A program made the translations under genes and the position numbers. The notes below the pieces were generated by a model that had not been told where the DNA came from, ran no database searches, and saw nothing but the letters and a program-made list of their open reading frames with translations. Shown here piece after piece: positions 1 to 9,635 of a DNA stretch of 64,000 bases. Origin of the DNA: Spirochaetia bacterium. Its GTDB lineage: Bacteria > Spirochaetota > Spirochaetia > SZUA-6 > Bin103. The first letter of the stretch is position 1, and every line of letters begins with the position of its first letter. The stretch lies in contig CBDBDQ010000005.1 in NCBI GenBank assembly GCA_965203905.1, positions 3,200,001 through 3,264,000 of the forward strand. Reading direction: 5' to 3'.

Positions 1-1094
1 ACGCCGAGCAGCGCCGGCCCACCGAAGCCGCCGATCTCCGCCGCCGCGAACAGCAGACCGGCCCCGACGCCGAGGTGGCGGGCGCCGACGCCCGGCTGCT
101 CCATCAGCAGCAGCATCATCAGCGGCAGCATGGGAGCCCGGGCCATGGCCGTGACCACCGTCGCCGTCACCAGCGGTCCGGCGTGCAGCAGCGTCATGCC
201 GGCCAGTCCCACGGCGCCCGCCAGCAGCAGCGCCGTCAGTGCGACCCGCCGGCCGCCGGTGCGGGTCAGTCCCGGAACCACCAGCGCGGTCAGCAGGCCG
301 CACAAAGTGCCGGCGGCGGTCCACCTGCCGGCTGCGGCCAGGTCGAAGCCGGCGTCCTCCAGGAACGTGGGCTGCCACGCGTTCAGGCCGTGGTTGACGA
401 CGAACGAGCCCACCGCCAGCACCAGCAGCAGGCGCATGTTGCGGTCGCGCAGCAACACCAGCCAGGTCCCGCGCGGCCGTGCCGGTGGGGCCGGCCGTTC
501 TCGCGACGGGCCGGCGTCCGTCCGGTCGCGGTAGCCGAGGGTCCACAGCAGCAGGGCGCCGGCTCCGGCAACGGTGAACGCCAGCAGCACGAGGCGCCAC
601 GATCCGACCAGGGGCAGCAGGACTCCTGCGGCGGTGGCCAGCACCACCACCCCGCCGATGGTAGGGCCGGTGGTGTAGAGGCCCGCGGCACGGCCGCGCT
701 CCTGCGGCGGAAACCACTCGGCCACGATCTTGGGCACCCCGATCGACACCACCGGGCCCCCGACGCCGAACAGCGCCACCGCGGCGAACAGGGTCCAGAA
801 CGAGGTGGCCGCCGCGCGCAGCGCCAGCGAAAGGATGATCACCACCAGCGCCAGGGCCACGGCGCGGCGCACCCCCAGCCGGTCGACGGCGGCGCCGAGG
901 GGCAGGGCGGTGAAGATGTAGACGAGCTGCCACACCCCCAGCACCAGCCCCATCTGCGCGCTGGTCAGGTTCAGGTCCCGCATCACCGGCGACACCAGGG
1001 GAGCCAGGGAGCCTGAGGCGATCCCGAACGCGAAGTACGCCAGCCAGCCCAGGGCCAGCATCCGCCACCGCAGCGCCGCGGAGGGGCGGCTCAC
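1..1094 (-). CDS. MFS transporter (CynX-like), 3' end runs off the window
   Basis: Not in the ORF track. Manual translation from GTG at 1094 gives MSRPSAALRWRMLALGWLAYFAFG...GAAVDRLGVRR (MFS motif A-like)...KIVAEWFPPQERGRAAGLY, with many hydrophobic segments. Confidence 0.85.
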   Translation of the reverse strand, partial: MSRPSAALRWRMLALGWLAYFAFGIASGSLAPLVSPVMRDLNLTSAQMGLVLGVWQLVYIFTALPLGAAVDRLGVRRAVALALVVIILSLALRAAATSFWTLFAAVALFGVGGPVVSIGVPKIVAEWFPPQERGRAAGLYTTGPTIGGVVVLATAAGVLLPLVGSWRLVLLAFTVAGAGALLLWTLGYRDRTDAGPSRERPAPPARPRGTWLVLLRDRNMRLLLVLAVGSFVVNHGLNAWQPTFLEDAGFDLAAAGRWTAAGTLCGLLTALVVPGLTRTGGRRVALTALLLAGAVGLAGMTLLHAGPLVTATVVTAMARAPMLPLMMLLLMEQPGVGARHLGVGAGLLFAAAEIGGFGGPALLG

Positions 1095-1129
1095 GCGGCG
1101 CCGGGACCGCAGCCGTCGATCACCGTAGC

Positions 1130-2635
1130 CTACATCGGCCCGATGCGGCGGGTGCCGACGTCCACGGCGCGCATCGAGGCGGCGTAGCTCTGCAGCAGCA
1201 GATCCGCCTTGAGCGCGCCATGCTCAGGGGAGTCCCACAGGTTGTCGAACTCGCCGGGATCCCGCTCCAGGTCGTACAGCTCGCCCAGACCGTGGCCGTG
1301 GTACACCACCAGCTTGTAACGGCGTTCCCGGTACATGGTGGCGCGGGTGGCGTCGGATGCGTCCAGGGCGTCGAAGTATTCGCACCACACCGCCTCACGG
1401 TGATGGTCGAGCGCAACGGCGCCGCTGCCGATCGGCAGCAACGAGCGGCCCTGCATCCACTCCGGCACCGGTGCGCCGGCGGCCTGCAGCAGCGTAGGCG
1501 CGAGGTCGGTGAGCTCCACCAGGGCGTCGCTGACCAGGCCGGCACGGATGGTGCCCGGCCAGGCCAGGATCAGCGGGACCCGCAGCAGTCCCTCGTAGAA
1601 GCGGCAGCCCTTCTGGATCAGCCCGTGGTCGCCGAGCATCTCGCCGTGGTCGCTGGTGAATATGACCAGCGTGTCGTCCGCCTGGCCGCTGTCGCGCAGC
1701 GCGTCCAGCATGCGCCCCACCTGGTCGTCGATCAGCTCGATCATGGCGTAGTAGGCCGCCTGCAGGGTGTGGGCGTCGCGCGCGGTGGCGTGCGGCGGCA
1801 GATGCGAGCGGCCCCCGGCCGGTGAGCCCGCCCCGGCGGAACCTTCCCGCCCCGGGGACTCCGGAATCACCGGGCTCTTGATGTCGAGGTCGTCCGGCGG
1901 CCGGCCCCTGGACTGGAAATCGATCGCCGCCAGCCGCTCCTGCTGCGCGAGGTCGCCGTCGCGAAACAGCGGACCCGGCATGGCCGCGGGATCGTAGCGG
2001 TCACGGTACTCCTGCGGCGGGTTGAACGGCGGGTGGGGATCGTAGATGTTCACGCACGCCAGCCACGGGGTGTCCGCGGCGCGCGGCTCGGTGATGAACT
2101 CGATGGTGCGCTCGGCGCACCAGGTGGTCTGGTGCAGCGGCGCCGGCACGCCGGCGGGATCCTTGATCAGCTCGCCGAGCACGAAGCCCTGCTGCCGCAC
2201 CCAGTCGGCGTAGTCGTGGCCCACCGGCCAGTCGTCGCGCGGGCCGTGGCTGTAGCGCCAGTAGCGGTAGCCGTCGTCGGTGCGCGCTTCGATGCGCCCG
2301 TAGGCGCTGGCCAGGTGCAGCTTGCCGATCAGCCCGCAGTCATAGCCGGCATCCGCCAGCAGCCGCGTCACCAGGGGAAAGCGCTCCACGAAGCGGTCGT
2401 TGCCGTTGCGCGTGTTGTGGCAGGTGCTGGGATAGGTGCCGGTCAGAAAGCTGGCCCGGCTGGGGGTGCAGATCGGGCTCTGGCAGTAGGCGTGGGTAAA
2501 CGCGGCACCGGAGCGCCACAACTGATCCAGGCGCGGGGTGCGGACGTGGCCGTTGCCCTGCGCGCCGAGCGTGTCGTAGCGCTGCTGGTCGGTGCAGATC
2601 CAGAGGATGTTGGGCCGCCGCCGCGAGCCGCTCAC
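1130..2635 (-). CDS. Sulfatase (formylglycine-dependent, Cys-type)
   Basis: PNILWICTDQQR N-terminus, CTPSRASFLTG (CxPxR), GKLHL, FTSDHG, ELYDLERDPGE. Confidence 0.93.
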   Translation of the reverse strand: MSGSRRRPNILWICTDQQRYDTLGAQGNGHVRTPRLDQLWRSGAAFTHAYCQSPICTPSRASFLTGTYPSTCHNTRNGNDRFVERFPLVTRLLADAGYDCGLIGKLHLASAYGRIEARTDDGYRYWRYSHGPRDDWPVGHDYADWVRQQGFVLGELIKDPAGVPAPLHQTTWCAERTIEFITEPRAADTPWLACVNIYDPHPPFNPPQEYRDRYDPAAMPGPLFRDGDLAQQERLAAIDFQSRGRPPDDLDIKSPVIPESPGREGSAGAGSPAGGRSHLPPHATARDAHTLQAAYYAMIELIDDQVGRMLDALRDSGQADDTLVIFTSDHGEMLGDHGLIQKGCRFYEGLLRVPLILAWPGTIRAGLVSDALVELTDLAPTLLQAAGAPVPEWMQGRSLLPIGSGAVALDHHREAVWCEYFDALDASDATRATMYRERRYKLVVYHGHGLGELYDLERDPGEFDNLWDSPEHGALKADLLLQSYAASMRAVDVGTRRIGPM

Positions 2636-3681
2636 GCGCCGGGCACGGTCTCCACGGCTCCGATCTTCTCCAGTACCTTGTGCGCCTTCTCCACGGACTC
2701 GGCGTTGGGGCTGTTGGCGACCGCACGCTTGAGCGCGATGAGCGCGTGCTCGTCACCCTGCTCGGCCAGCTCCAGCGCCTCCGCGAACGCGACTTCGCCG
2801 AACCGCGTGTCCTGGTCGATCACCTCGAACTGCGAAGACCGCCAGTAATACTTCAGCGGGTCGTCCTTGGGCCAGTCCTCGTACACCTGCTCCCAGGTGA
2901 GGACGTCGACCAGGTGCGGCTTGAGCTGGTTCTCCGACACCGGCAGGCCGTCGAGCTGGTAGCGGTTGTCAAGCGAGACGCGCAGCCGGTCCTCGGTCAG
3001 GTTGGGCAGGGCGCCGTGCACCATCAGGCAGCCGAAGATCAGCGTGTCGCCGATCTCGAAGTCGCTGCAGCGCGGGATGCCGCGCTGCTCCGGGTCGGTC
3101 ACCTTCTGGCCGCCGGCGCCGAGCGAAAAGTGGTGATCCACCACCTTGCCAACCTTGTGCGAGCCCTCGACCACCGCCAGGGGGCCCAGCTCCAGCGGAC
3201 AGTCGCCCACCGGGGTCCACACGGAGATCACCTCGAGGTTGCTCTGGAAGTGGACGAAGTCCTGGTGGAACGGCGTGGTGTGCTCGGTGTACTTCGGGAA
3301 CCACAGGCGGGTGATCTTCATCGGGTGCGGCATCACCGGACCGTCGACGATCTGTCCCACCACGTCCACCACCTCCGGCCAGTGCCCGGAGGCGTGCATC
3401 GAGCGCAGCTTCTGTACGTGCGCGTAAACCTCGGAATACTCGCGGTTGCCCTCCGTGACCGCCTTGTCCGGGTCCACCCGCCCTTCTTCCAGCCTGCTGC
3501 CGGGGACGATCCAGTCGCTCGCCCGCTGCAGCGCCTCCAGGATGTCGAGACGAAGCTGCCGCAGCTTGTCGGGATCCTGGAACTTGCGCAGGAACAGGTA
3601 CCCCTCGTCTTCGAAACGCCGGCGCAACTCCGCCGGGTCGGCTAGCGCGTCATTGGAGACGCGAAATGGCTGCAGGTTCAT
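2632..3681 (-). CDS. Phytanoyl-CoA dioxygenase (PhyH) family Fe(II)/2OG oxygenase
   Basis: EGYLFLR, HQD motif, VVEGSHK, GDTLIF..MVHG and RVSLD. Start set at ATG 3681. 4-bp overlap with the sulfatase. Confidence 0.88.
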   Translation of the reverse strand: MNLQPFRVSNDALADPAELRRRFEDEGYLFLRKFQDPDKLRQLRLDILEALQRASDWIVPGSRLEEGRVDPDKAVTEGNREYSEVYAHVQKLRSMHASGHWPEVVDVVGQIVDGPVMPHPMKITRLWFPKYTEHTTPFHQDFVHFQSNLEVISVWTPVGDCPLELGPLAVVEGSHKVGKVVDHHFSLGAGGQKVTDPEQRGIPRCSDFEIGDTLIFGCLMVHGALPNLTEDRLRVSLDNRYQLDGLPVSENQLKPHLVDVLTWEQVYEDWPKDDPLKYYWRSSQFEVIDQDTRFGEVAFAEALELAEQGDEHALIALKRAVANSPNAESVEKAHKVLEKIGAVETVPGA

Positions 3682-3744
3682 GACCCGGACACGATAGCCG
3701 CCCGCCGGGGCGTTGTGCAACGTTGTCCGCCAAGATCGCCAAAA

Positions 3745-4608
3745 TCACCCGCCGTCCGCGCCCGCCGCGCCCTCCGGAGACTCGGAGTCGCGGGCGATGC
3801 GGCTCAGGATCCCCTTGATGATGATGTCGAGTTGCGCGTTCTGCGAGTAGTCGGCGGGGGCCACGAAGTCGACGCGGCGGTCGGCGATCAGGCGGTGGAT
3901 CTTGTCCAGGTGCTCGGGGCTGGTGCGCGGGTCGTACACCGCGATGGCGCAGCCGCCCTTGTAGGTCACCATCTTCATCGCCGGCACGTCGGTGTCGCCG
4001 TCGCCGATGAAGATGATGCGGTTGAAGGGGATGGGTCGCTCCTGCTTGGCCATGTAGCGGTTCATCGCCGCGCTGTCCCAGTGGTTGTCGATGCCGCGGT
4101 TGATGCGGAACAGGTACTGGGTCTTGGTGGTGTAGTTGATCGCCACGCCGGGCCAGATCGCCTGGTCCTGCTCGTTGTAGATGAACTTGGAGGCGAACAC
4201 GTCGCGGAACTGGTCGACGATGGCGCAGCCGCGGATCATCTCCTCCACCCCCGACGAGATGATGTAGTGCTCCAGCGCCAGTCCGCAGGAGGCGGCATGG
4301 GCGTTCATGCGCCGGAACCACGACCTGTCGCGCAGGCCGGGAAACAGCTCCACGGTGGCGCCGTGCGCGCGCAGCGCCTGGCGGGTGATCGGGGTACCCC
4401 TCCCGGTCGATTTTTCCAGCATCAGGCGCAGGTAGGCGAGGATCTGGTCGGCGTCCTCGACGCGGGCGCGCGAGTTCGCCTCGTGCCAGAACGCGTCGTT
4501 GGACATCCCCAGGGCGGAGATGAAACCGTGCTCCTGCAGGTTGCCGGGAGCGAGGGTGCCGTCGAAGTCGTAGATCAGCGCCGTGCGCTGCAGCAGGTCG
4601 CGATTCAT
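3745..4608 (-). CDS. HAD-superfamily hydrolase
   Basis: Motif I YDFDGT, motif II ISSG, motif III K (TKTQ), motif IV IGDGDTD. Confidence 0.88.
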   Translation of the reverse strand: MNRDLLQRTALIYDFDGTLAPGNLQEHGFISALGMSNDAFWHEANSRARVEDADQILAYLRLMLEKSTGRGTPITRQALRAHGATVELFPGLRDRSWFRRMNAHAASCGLALEHYIISSGVEEMIRGCAIVDQFRDVFASKFIYNEQDQAIWPGVAINYTTKTQYLFRINRGIDNHWDSAAMNRYMAKQERPIPFNRIIFIGDGDTDVPAMKMVTYKGGCAIAVYDPRTSPEHLDKIHRLIADRRVDFVAPADYSQNAQLDIIIKGILSRIARDSESPEGAAGADGG

Positions 4609-4629
4609 GGCGCGCGTTCCCGCGTGCCG

Positions 4630-5616
4630 CTACACCGGGAACTCGAGTTGTTCGGCGCGGAAGACTTCGCTCACCGACTGGCGGTTGTGGATGCGGGCGA
4701 TGGCGTCGGCCAGCAGTGGTGCGATGGTCAGTACCCGCACCGTGCCGTCCAGGCGCTTCGATTCCGGCACCGGCACCGTGTTGGTGGTCACCACGGCGCG
4801 CACCGAGGGCCGGTTCAGGCGCGTCACCGCCTCTCCCACCAGCACCCCGTGGCTGATGCTGATGATGACGGGCTCCGAACCTGCCTCCACCAGGGTGTCG
4901 GCCTGCTGGTAGATCGAGCCGCTGGCGATCACGTCGTCGATCAGCACCGGCGTCTTGCCCACCACGTCGCCGACGATGTCCACCACCTCGACCTCCAGCC
5001 CGGCCACTCCCGAGCGCCGCTTGTGCACCACCACCATCGGCAGTTCCAGGATCATGGCGTACTTGTCGGCCATCTTGGCGCGGCCCACGTCGGCGGCCAC
5101 CACCACCGCGTTGCTCAGGTCGAAGCTGTCGCGCAGGTAGCGCGAGAGGGTGGTGACCGCGGTGAGATGGTCTACGGGGATGTCGAAGAAACCCTGGAGC
5201 TGCGGCGAGTGCAGGTCGATCGACACCACGCGGTCGGCTCCGGCGGTGGTCAGGAGGTTGGCCACCAGCTTGGCGGTAATCGGCTCGCGCCCGGTCGACT
5301 TGTGGTCCTGGCGCGCGTAGCCGAAGTAGGGGACCACCGCGGTGATGGTGGCGGCCGAGGCCCGGCGCAGCGCGTCGATCAGCACCAGCAACTCCATCAG
5401 GTTGTCGTTCACCGGCTGGCAGGTGGGCTGGATCACGTAGGCGTCCACGCCGCGCACGCTCTGCTCTATCTGGATGTGGAACTCGCCCTCGTGGAAGGTC
5501 TGGAAGCGCACCTCGCACAGGTCACGCCCCAGCAGGTCCGCCACCTCCCAGGCCAGCTCCGGGCTGGCGCGGCCGGAGAACAGCCGAAAGCGGTCGCTGA
5601 GGTCGGCGTCGATCAT
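4630..5616 (-). CDS. prs: Ribose-phosphate pyrophosphokinase
   Basis: FHEGE, NDNLMELL, PYFGYARQD, DLHSPQLQGFF, HKRR and LIDD motifs. Start at ATG 5616. Confidence 0.9.
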   Translation of the reverse strand: MIDADLSDRFRLFSGRASPELAWEVADLLGRDLCEVRFQTFHEGEFHIQIEQSVRGVDAYVIQPTCQPVNDNLMELLVLIDALRRASAATITAVVPYFGYARQDHKSTGREPITAKLVANLLTTAGADRVVSIDLHSPQLQGFFDIPVDHLTAVTTLSRYLRDSFDLSNAVVVAADVGRAKMADKYAMILELPMVVVHKRRSGVAGLEVEVVDIVGDVVGKTPVLIDDVIASGSIYQQADTLVEAGSEPVIISISHGVLVGEAVTRLNRPSVRAVVTTNTVPVPESKRLDGTVRVLTIAPLLADAIARIHNRQSVSEVFRAEQLEFPV

Positions 5617-5659
5617 GGCGCGTTGCGGATGGAGCGCGCTGCCGGGGGAGTTGAGTGGC

Positions 5660-5917
5660 TCAGGGACAGCAGGGGCAGCCGTTGGGCTGACAGGGAACGC
5701 TGGGAGCCGCCGCCGGAGCGGCCTCGGTACCGGCACTGCCAGCGCCGATCAGCGGCGCGGAAAACACCCGCTGCAGCGGCGTGTCGGCCGGCGTGTCGCC
5801 CACCTCGAGGTCGGCGGCATCACACAGCTCGCCCCAGGTCTGCAACATGGTGGTCATGCCGTGACTCACCTCGATGGTACGGCCGTTGGCCTCGCAATGA
5901 TAATCGTACGCCGGCAT
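5660..5917 (-). CDS. FmdB-like zinc-ribbon protein
   Basis: MPAYDYHCEANG start, Cys-rich C-terminus (CQPNGCPCCP), GAGGAGAGGGAG purine-rich RBS. Confidence 0.7.
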   Translation of the reverse strand: MPAYDYHCEANGRTIEVSHGMTTMLQTWGELCDAADLEVGDTPADTPLQRVFSAPLIGAGSAGTEAAPAAAPSVPCQPNGCPCCP

Positions 5918-6227
5918 CTCCCTCTCCTCGTACCTACAGCTAACGCCACCCGCTACCGGCGCGTCAACCCCGTGGCAGCACCGCCGCCACGGTAGTGGGT
6001 CCGCTGGACGGGCGCGGGAGCTGGCAGGTGGACGGGAAGTGCCGGCTTGGGCAGGTCCCGGCCCCACAGCGTCACCAGGATCCCGCCGGGTTAGGCTTTG
6101 GCGCTGCTCATCCACCGCAACCGGAGTTGCTCCGGATTGCTGGAGTCCGTATGGTTGTCACCTGTCGTCGCACTATAGGATGACAGTCGTGACAGTGAAT
6201 CCTGCCATGGCACAGAAGGAATACTGA

Positions 6228-7295
6228 ATGATTGAGAGTGGTGAAAAGGTATTTGACCCATCGGAAACAGAGGACGATGAGGAGTCCACATCTGTGCGCT
6301 ATACCATAACCAGCTACGGTGCAGACTATCCTGTCGACGGATTGGTCAAACGTCTCGACCGAGGTGATGTCTTTGTGCCGGAATTCCAGCGTCAGTTCGT
6401 GTGGACCCATGTTCAAGCCTCACGATTCATCGAATCATTACTGTTGGGTCTGCCCGTGCCCGGCATCTTTCTTTTCAAAGAGCCAGATACGCAAAAACTG
6501 GTTGTCGTCGACGGCCAGCAAAGGCTGACATCACTGCTGAATTTCTACCACGGGTCTATGGGAAACAAGAGATTCATCCTGAAGGGTGTGGACGAGTCGA
6601 TCAACGGGTTGACGTATGACACACTCGATGAAGAAAGCCGCAGAACGCTCGACGATTCGCTTCTTCATGCCACCGTGTTTCAACAGGATCAACCCGAAGG
6701 CGACCGAAGCAGCATCTACCGAGTATTCGAGCGGCTTAACACGGGCGGAACATCCTTGGCACCGCAGGAGATCAGATCGTGCGTGTATCGTGGGCCATTC
6801 AATGATCTCTTGCAGACGCTTAACGAGGTGGAGGACTGGCGCAGCATATACGGACCGGTCAGCTCCCGGCGCAAAGATCAGGAGCTCATTCTACGCTTCT
6901 TTGCATTGAAGGATGCTCTGAACACTTACTCCAAGCCGCTCAGGCAGTTCCTCAATGACTATATGGAGGAACATACTGAGCCAGACGATGGTTGGCTCGA
7001 ACAACATCGAGAGGTGTTCTTGCGTACTGTTTCGTATGCGGCCCATCATCTTCCCAGGGAGTCATTTCGACCCGAGAGGAGCCTCAACGTAGCCGTCACT
7101 GACGCAATCCTGATCGGGCTCTCCAAGCGAATAGAGCAGGGCGAAATCAAGAATCCTGACCAGCTCGGTAGCGCCGCGATAGAGCTGTCTAGGAGTAGGG
7201 CTTTTCGCGAGGCAACGGATCAAAGTACGACGGAAGCCGTGTCTATTGTGAGCAGGATTGGGCAAGCTACAGAGGCTTTCAATAGAGTTCGATGA
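6228..7295 (+). CDS. DUF262 (ParB/Srx-like, GmrS-type) domain protein
   Basis: PEFQRQFVW, IESLLLGLP, DGQQRLT and FERLNTGG motifs. Visibly AT-richer than flanks. AGAAGGA RBS. Confidence 0.9.
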   Translation: MIESGEKVFDPSETEDDEESTSVRYTITSYGADYPVDGLVKRLDRGDVFVPEFQRQFVWTHVQASRFIESLLLGLPVPGIFLFKEPDTQKLVVVDGQQRLTSLLNFYHGSMGNKRFILKGVDESINGLTYDTLDEESRRTLDDSLLHATVFQQDQPEGDRSSIYRVFERLNTGGTSLAPQEIRSCVYRGPFNDLLQTLNEVEDWRSIYGPVSSRRKDQELILRFFALKDALNTYSKPLRQFLNDYMEEHTEPDDGWLEQHREVFLRTVSYAAHHLPRESFRPERSLNVAVTDAILIGLSKRIEQGEIKNPDQLGSAAIELSRSRAFREATDQSTTEAVSIVSRIGQATEAFNRVR

Positions 7296-7759
7296 GTCTT
7301 CATGGCGATCGCCAGAGGGTCGAGCACCAGATTCGCTCCATGCTCGACTACGCTGCAACCGTGCGGGATGATGTGCAGGGAGCATTGGCTCGCCATACTT
7401 GTGTCCTCGTCAGTACCTATGTTGAAGTAGCGGTGCGGGAGTTGGTGCTTCGTTTCATTCGAGCGCGATCTGACGACCGAGTCATGAGGTTCTGCGAGGC
7501 CTCTTTGCGGTCGTTCCGTGATCCGAACATGGAGAAGGTTTTCCAGCTCGTGGGCCGGTTTGGAGGTGACTTGCGAGAGAGGTTGGAGACGGTAGTTCAG
7601 GATGAGCAGAAGGATCATATCGATAGCGTGTACGGAAACAGAAACCAAATTGTTCACAGAGGTCGGTCGGAGATAAGCCTTGCCCGGGTAAAGGAGTATT
7701 TTGGTAGCGCACGCGTAGTCATACAAACTGTTCAGGAGTTGCTGCTGTCGGGAGGTTGA
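7292..7759 (+). CDS. HEPN-domain putative RNase (MAE_28990/RiboL-PSP-like)
   Basis: Helical 155-aa protein with an N-terminal YVE and RNQIVH (RxxxxH). ATGA overlap with the DUF262 gene. Confidence 0.78.
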   Translation: MSLHGDRQRVEHQIRSMLDYAATVRDDVQGALARHTCVLVSTYVEVAVRELVLRFIRARSDDRVMRFCEASLRSFRDPNMEKVFQLVGRFGGDLRERLETVVQDEQKDHIDSVYGNRNQIVHRGRSEISLARVKEYFGSARVVIQTVQELLLSGG

Positions 7760-8339
7760 CTGTTTATAGTTGTACGCACATGCGCCAACTCTACGGCGCT
7801 GTTCGACCTTGCTGCATAGCACATCAGGTGGTCTCAACCCACAGCGATTGCAGGAGTGCGCGGCGGACATAAAATAAGCACCAAGCCAAGATCGACTTTG
7901 CGCACAACAGATTGGCGTACATTTCGGAGGTTTTGGCGTTACATCTTCGTGATCGATCACGCCGTAGGCGATACGGCGGCCGGTTCTCCCGATCCGCTGG
8001 ATAGGTTGATCATGCCGGCTGTGAGCCAAGTCGACGCCTCGCGTCGTCGGTTCCGGTCGGATCCCGCGCTAGTGCACTGCGGAGGCGGGGGTGACGCTCG
8101 GGCGCCCATCAAGGACGATGCGGGGGGACGGTTATCTTGCGTGCTCGCTCAGCTCGTTGGTTGACCAACCAATGCGCCTTCCACAGACGGAATAACTGCC
8201 CGGAATCCTTCCGGAGATTCTGGCCCGTCTGATGAAGGTGAGAAGGATTGAGCGAGGGGTGGCGCATGGCCAGCAGCGGACGCCGGAGCGGCATCAGTCC
8301 TCGGATGGTGCGGGCATGGCGTTCCGAATAGAGAACTAC

Positions 8340-8470
8340 ATGCTGATGCTGACGTTGTTGAAGCGGCATCAGGTAGAGACCTTGCTGACTTCCGGTTACG
8401 ACCAGGGCGAGGTTGCGTGCCCTGCGGGGGTTCTGGCGCGGAGCGTGCGTCGGATCGCGGACTGTTGTCT
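8340..8470 (+). mobile_element. Possible remnant of an IS21-family transposase N-terminal HTH
   Basis: LLKRHQVETLLTSGYDQGEVACPAGVLARSVRRIA resembles IstA N-termini (LKRHEIQVLL.AG....EVARLAGVS.RSV.RI). No catalytic domain follows. Confidence 0.4.
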
Positions 8471-8634
8471 CCCTGAATCGCCGAGAGCTGGAGCCACTCA
8501 GTGCCGGCGATGATGCGGGTGTGGTCGTGATCGCCCGTTGGTCCAGTAGGAGAGCGTCGGCCCGACCCTTGCCGGCACGGGAGGTTTGCCGGGAGGATCG
8601 GGCCGACGTACCAGTCATGGACTGGCGGGACTGC

Positions 8635-9504
8635 TCAGGCGGGGTCCTGCTGGTCGCTCGATTCGGGCATGGCGTCGGCTTCCGGCATCGCGTCTGCGTC
8701 CGGCATCCGGCGCTCGAAGCGCTGCTCCATCTCGTCGAAGAACCTGCTCATGTCGCCCCAGGGGGTGCGCCCGAAGCGCTGGCGCAGGGTGTCGAAGTAC
8801 TCCTGCATGCTGCCGAAGGCCGGCACCGCCCAGTAGCGGATGCCCAGCAGCGGCGCGGCGGCGTCGTCCGGGTGCTCGCCGAGGGTGATGGTGGCGGTCA
8901 TCGGCTCGCCCTCGCGTTGGAACTCCAGGCCGATGCTGTCGCCCGGCTGGTGATTGCCGATCAGCTCACCCAGAGCGGTGCCCTCCTCGCCGCCGACCGC
9001 GGCGCCCTCGATCGCCGTGATCCAGTCACCGGGCTGCAGTCCGGCACCGGCGGCGGGGCTGTCCGGAGCCACTTCCATCACCACCGCGCCCGGCGCTCCC
9101 GGCGCTTCGTCCATGCGGAATGCCCGCAGTCCCGGAGCCGACTCCTGTGGTGCGCTCTGCTCCGCCATCTGCTGCACCGCGGGACCGATGGCCAGTCCGA
9201 GCCGCGGCTGCCCCCAGACTCGGTCGAGGGTGATTACCTGCTCGTGCAACTCCTCGCCACGCTGGAACGCAAGGGTGACCTGCGACTCCTCAGCCGCGGC
9301 CAGCGCCGCAATGACGTCGCTGGTACTCGCCATCTCCTGGCCATCGATGCTGACGATCAGGTCGCCTTTCTCGATTCCTGCCGTCGCCGCGGGGCCGTCG
9401 GGATCGACGGCGGCCACCAGGATGCCCGCCTGGTCGCTCAGTGCCATCAGCGGCAAACCCGCCACCAACAGTACCGCTGCCAATCCGTTACGGATCATTT
9501 TCAT
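8635..9504 (-). CDS. Secreted tandem-PDZ-domain protein
   Basis: Signal peptide MKMIRNGLAAVLLVAGLPLMALS. Two PDZ units (V..DGPAATAGIEKGDLIVSIDG; VAPDSPAAGAGLQPGDWITAIEG). GGAGG RBS. Confidence 0.85.
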   Translation of the reverse strand: MKMIRNGLAAVLLVAGLPLMALSDQAGILVAAVDPDGPAATAGIEKGDLIVSIDGQEMASTSDVIAALAAAEESQVTLAFQRGEELHEQVITLDRVWGQPRLGLAIGPAVQQMAEQSAPQESAPGLRAFRMDEAPGAPGAVVMEVAPDSPAAGAGLQPGDWITAIEGAAVGGEEGTALGELIGNHQPGDSIGLEFQREGEPMTATITLGEHPDDAAAPLLGIRYWAVPAFGSMQEYFDTLRQRFGRTPWGDMSRFFDEMEQRFERRMPDADAMPEADAMPESSDQQDPA

Positions 9505-9635
9505 GGGAACCTCCATGAGATTGGGATGCGTAACAACATCCCCGATGAGGTTTGTGTACCGGTTGCCGGCGGGTTAGACTTTCTTAACGGTCGAGTCGGC
9601 GCGGCAGCAGCGCCCGCCGCTCCACCGGTCAAACG

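Noticed and set aside
7760-8230. AT-richer non-coding stretch after the HEPN gene as a possible ncRNA or third gene
   Set aside because: No convincing ORF, repeat or recognisable RNA motif by eye. An Rfam or covariance search would be needed.
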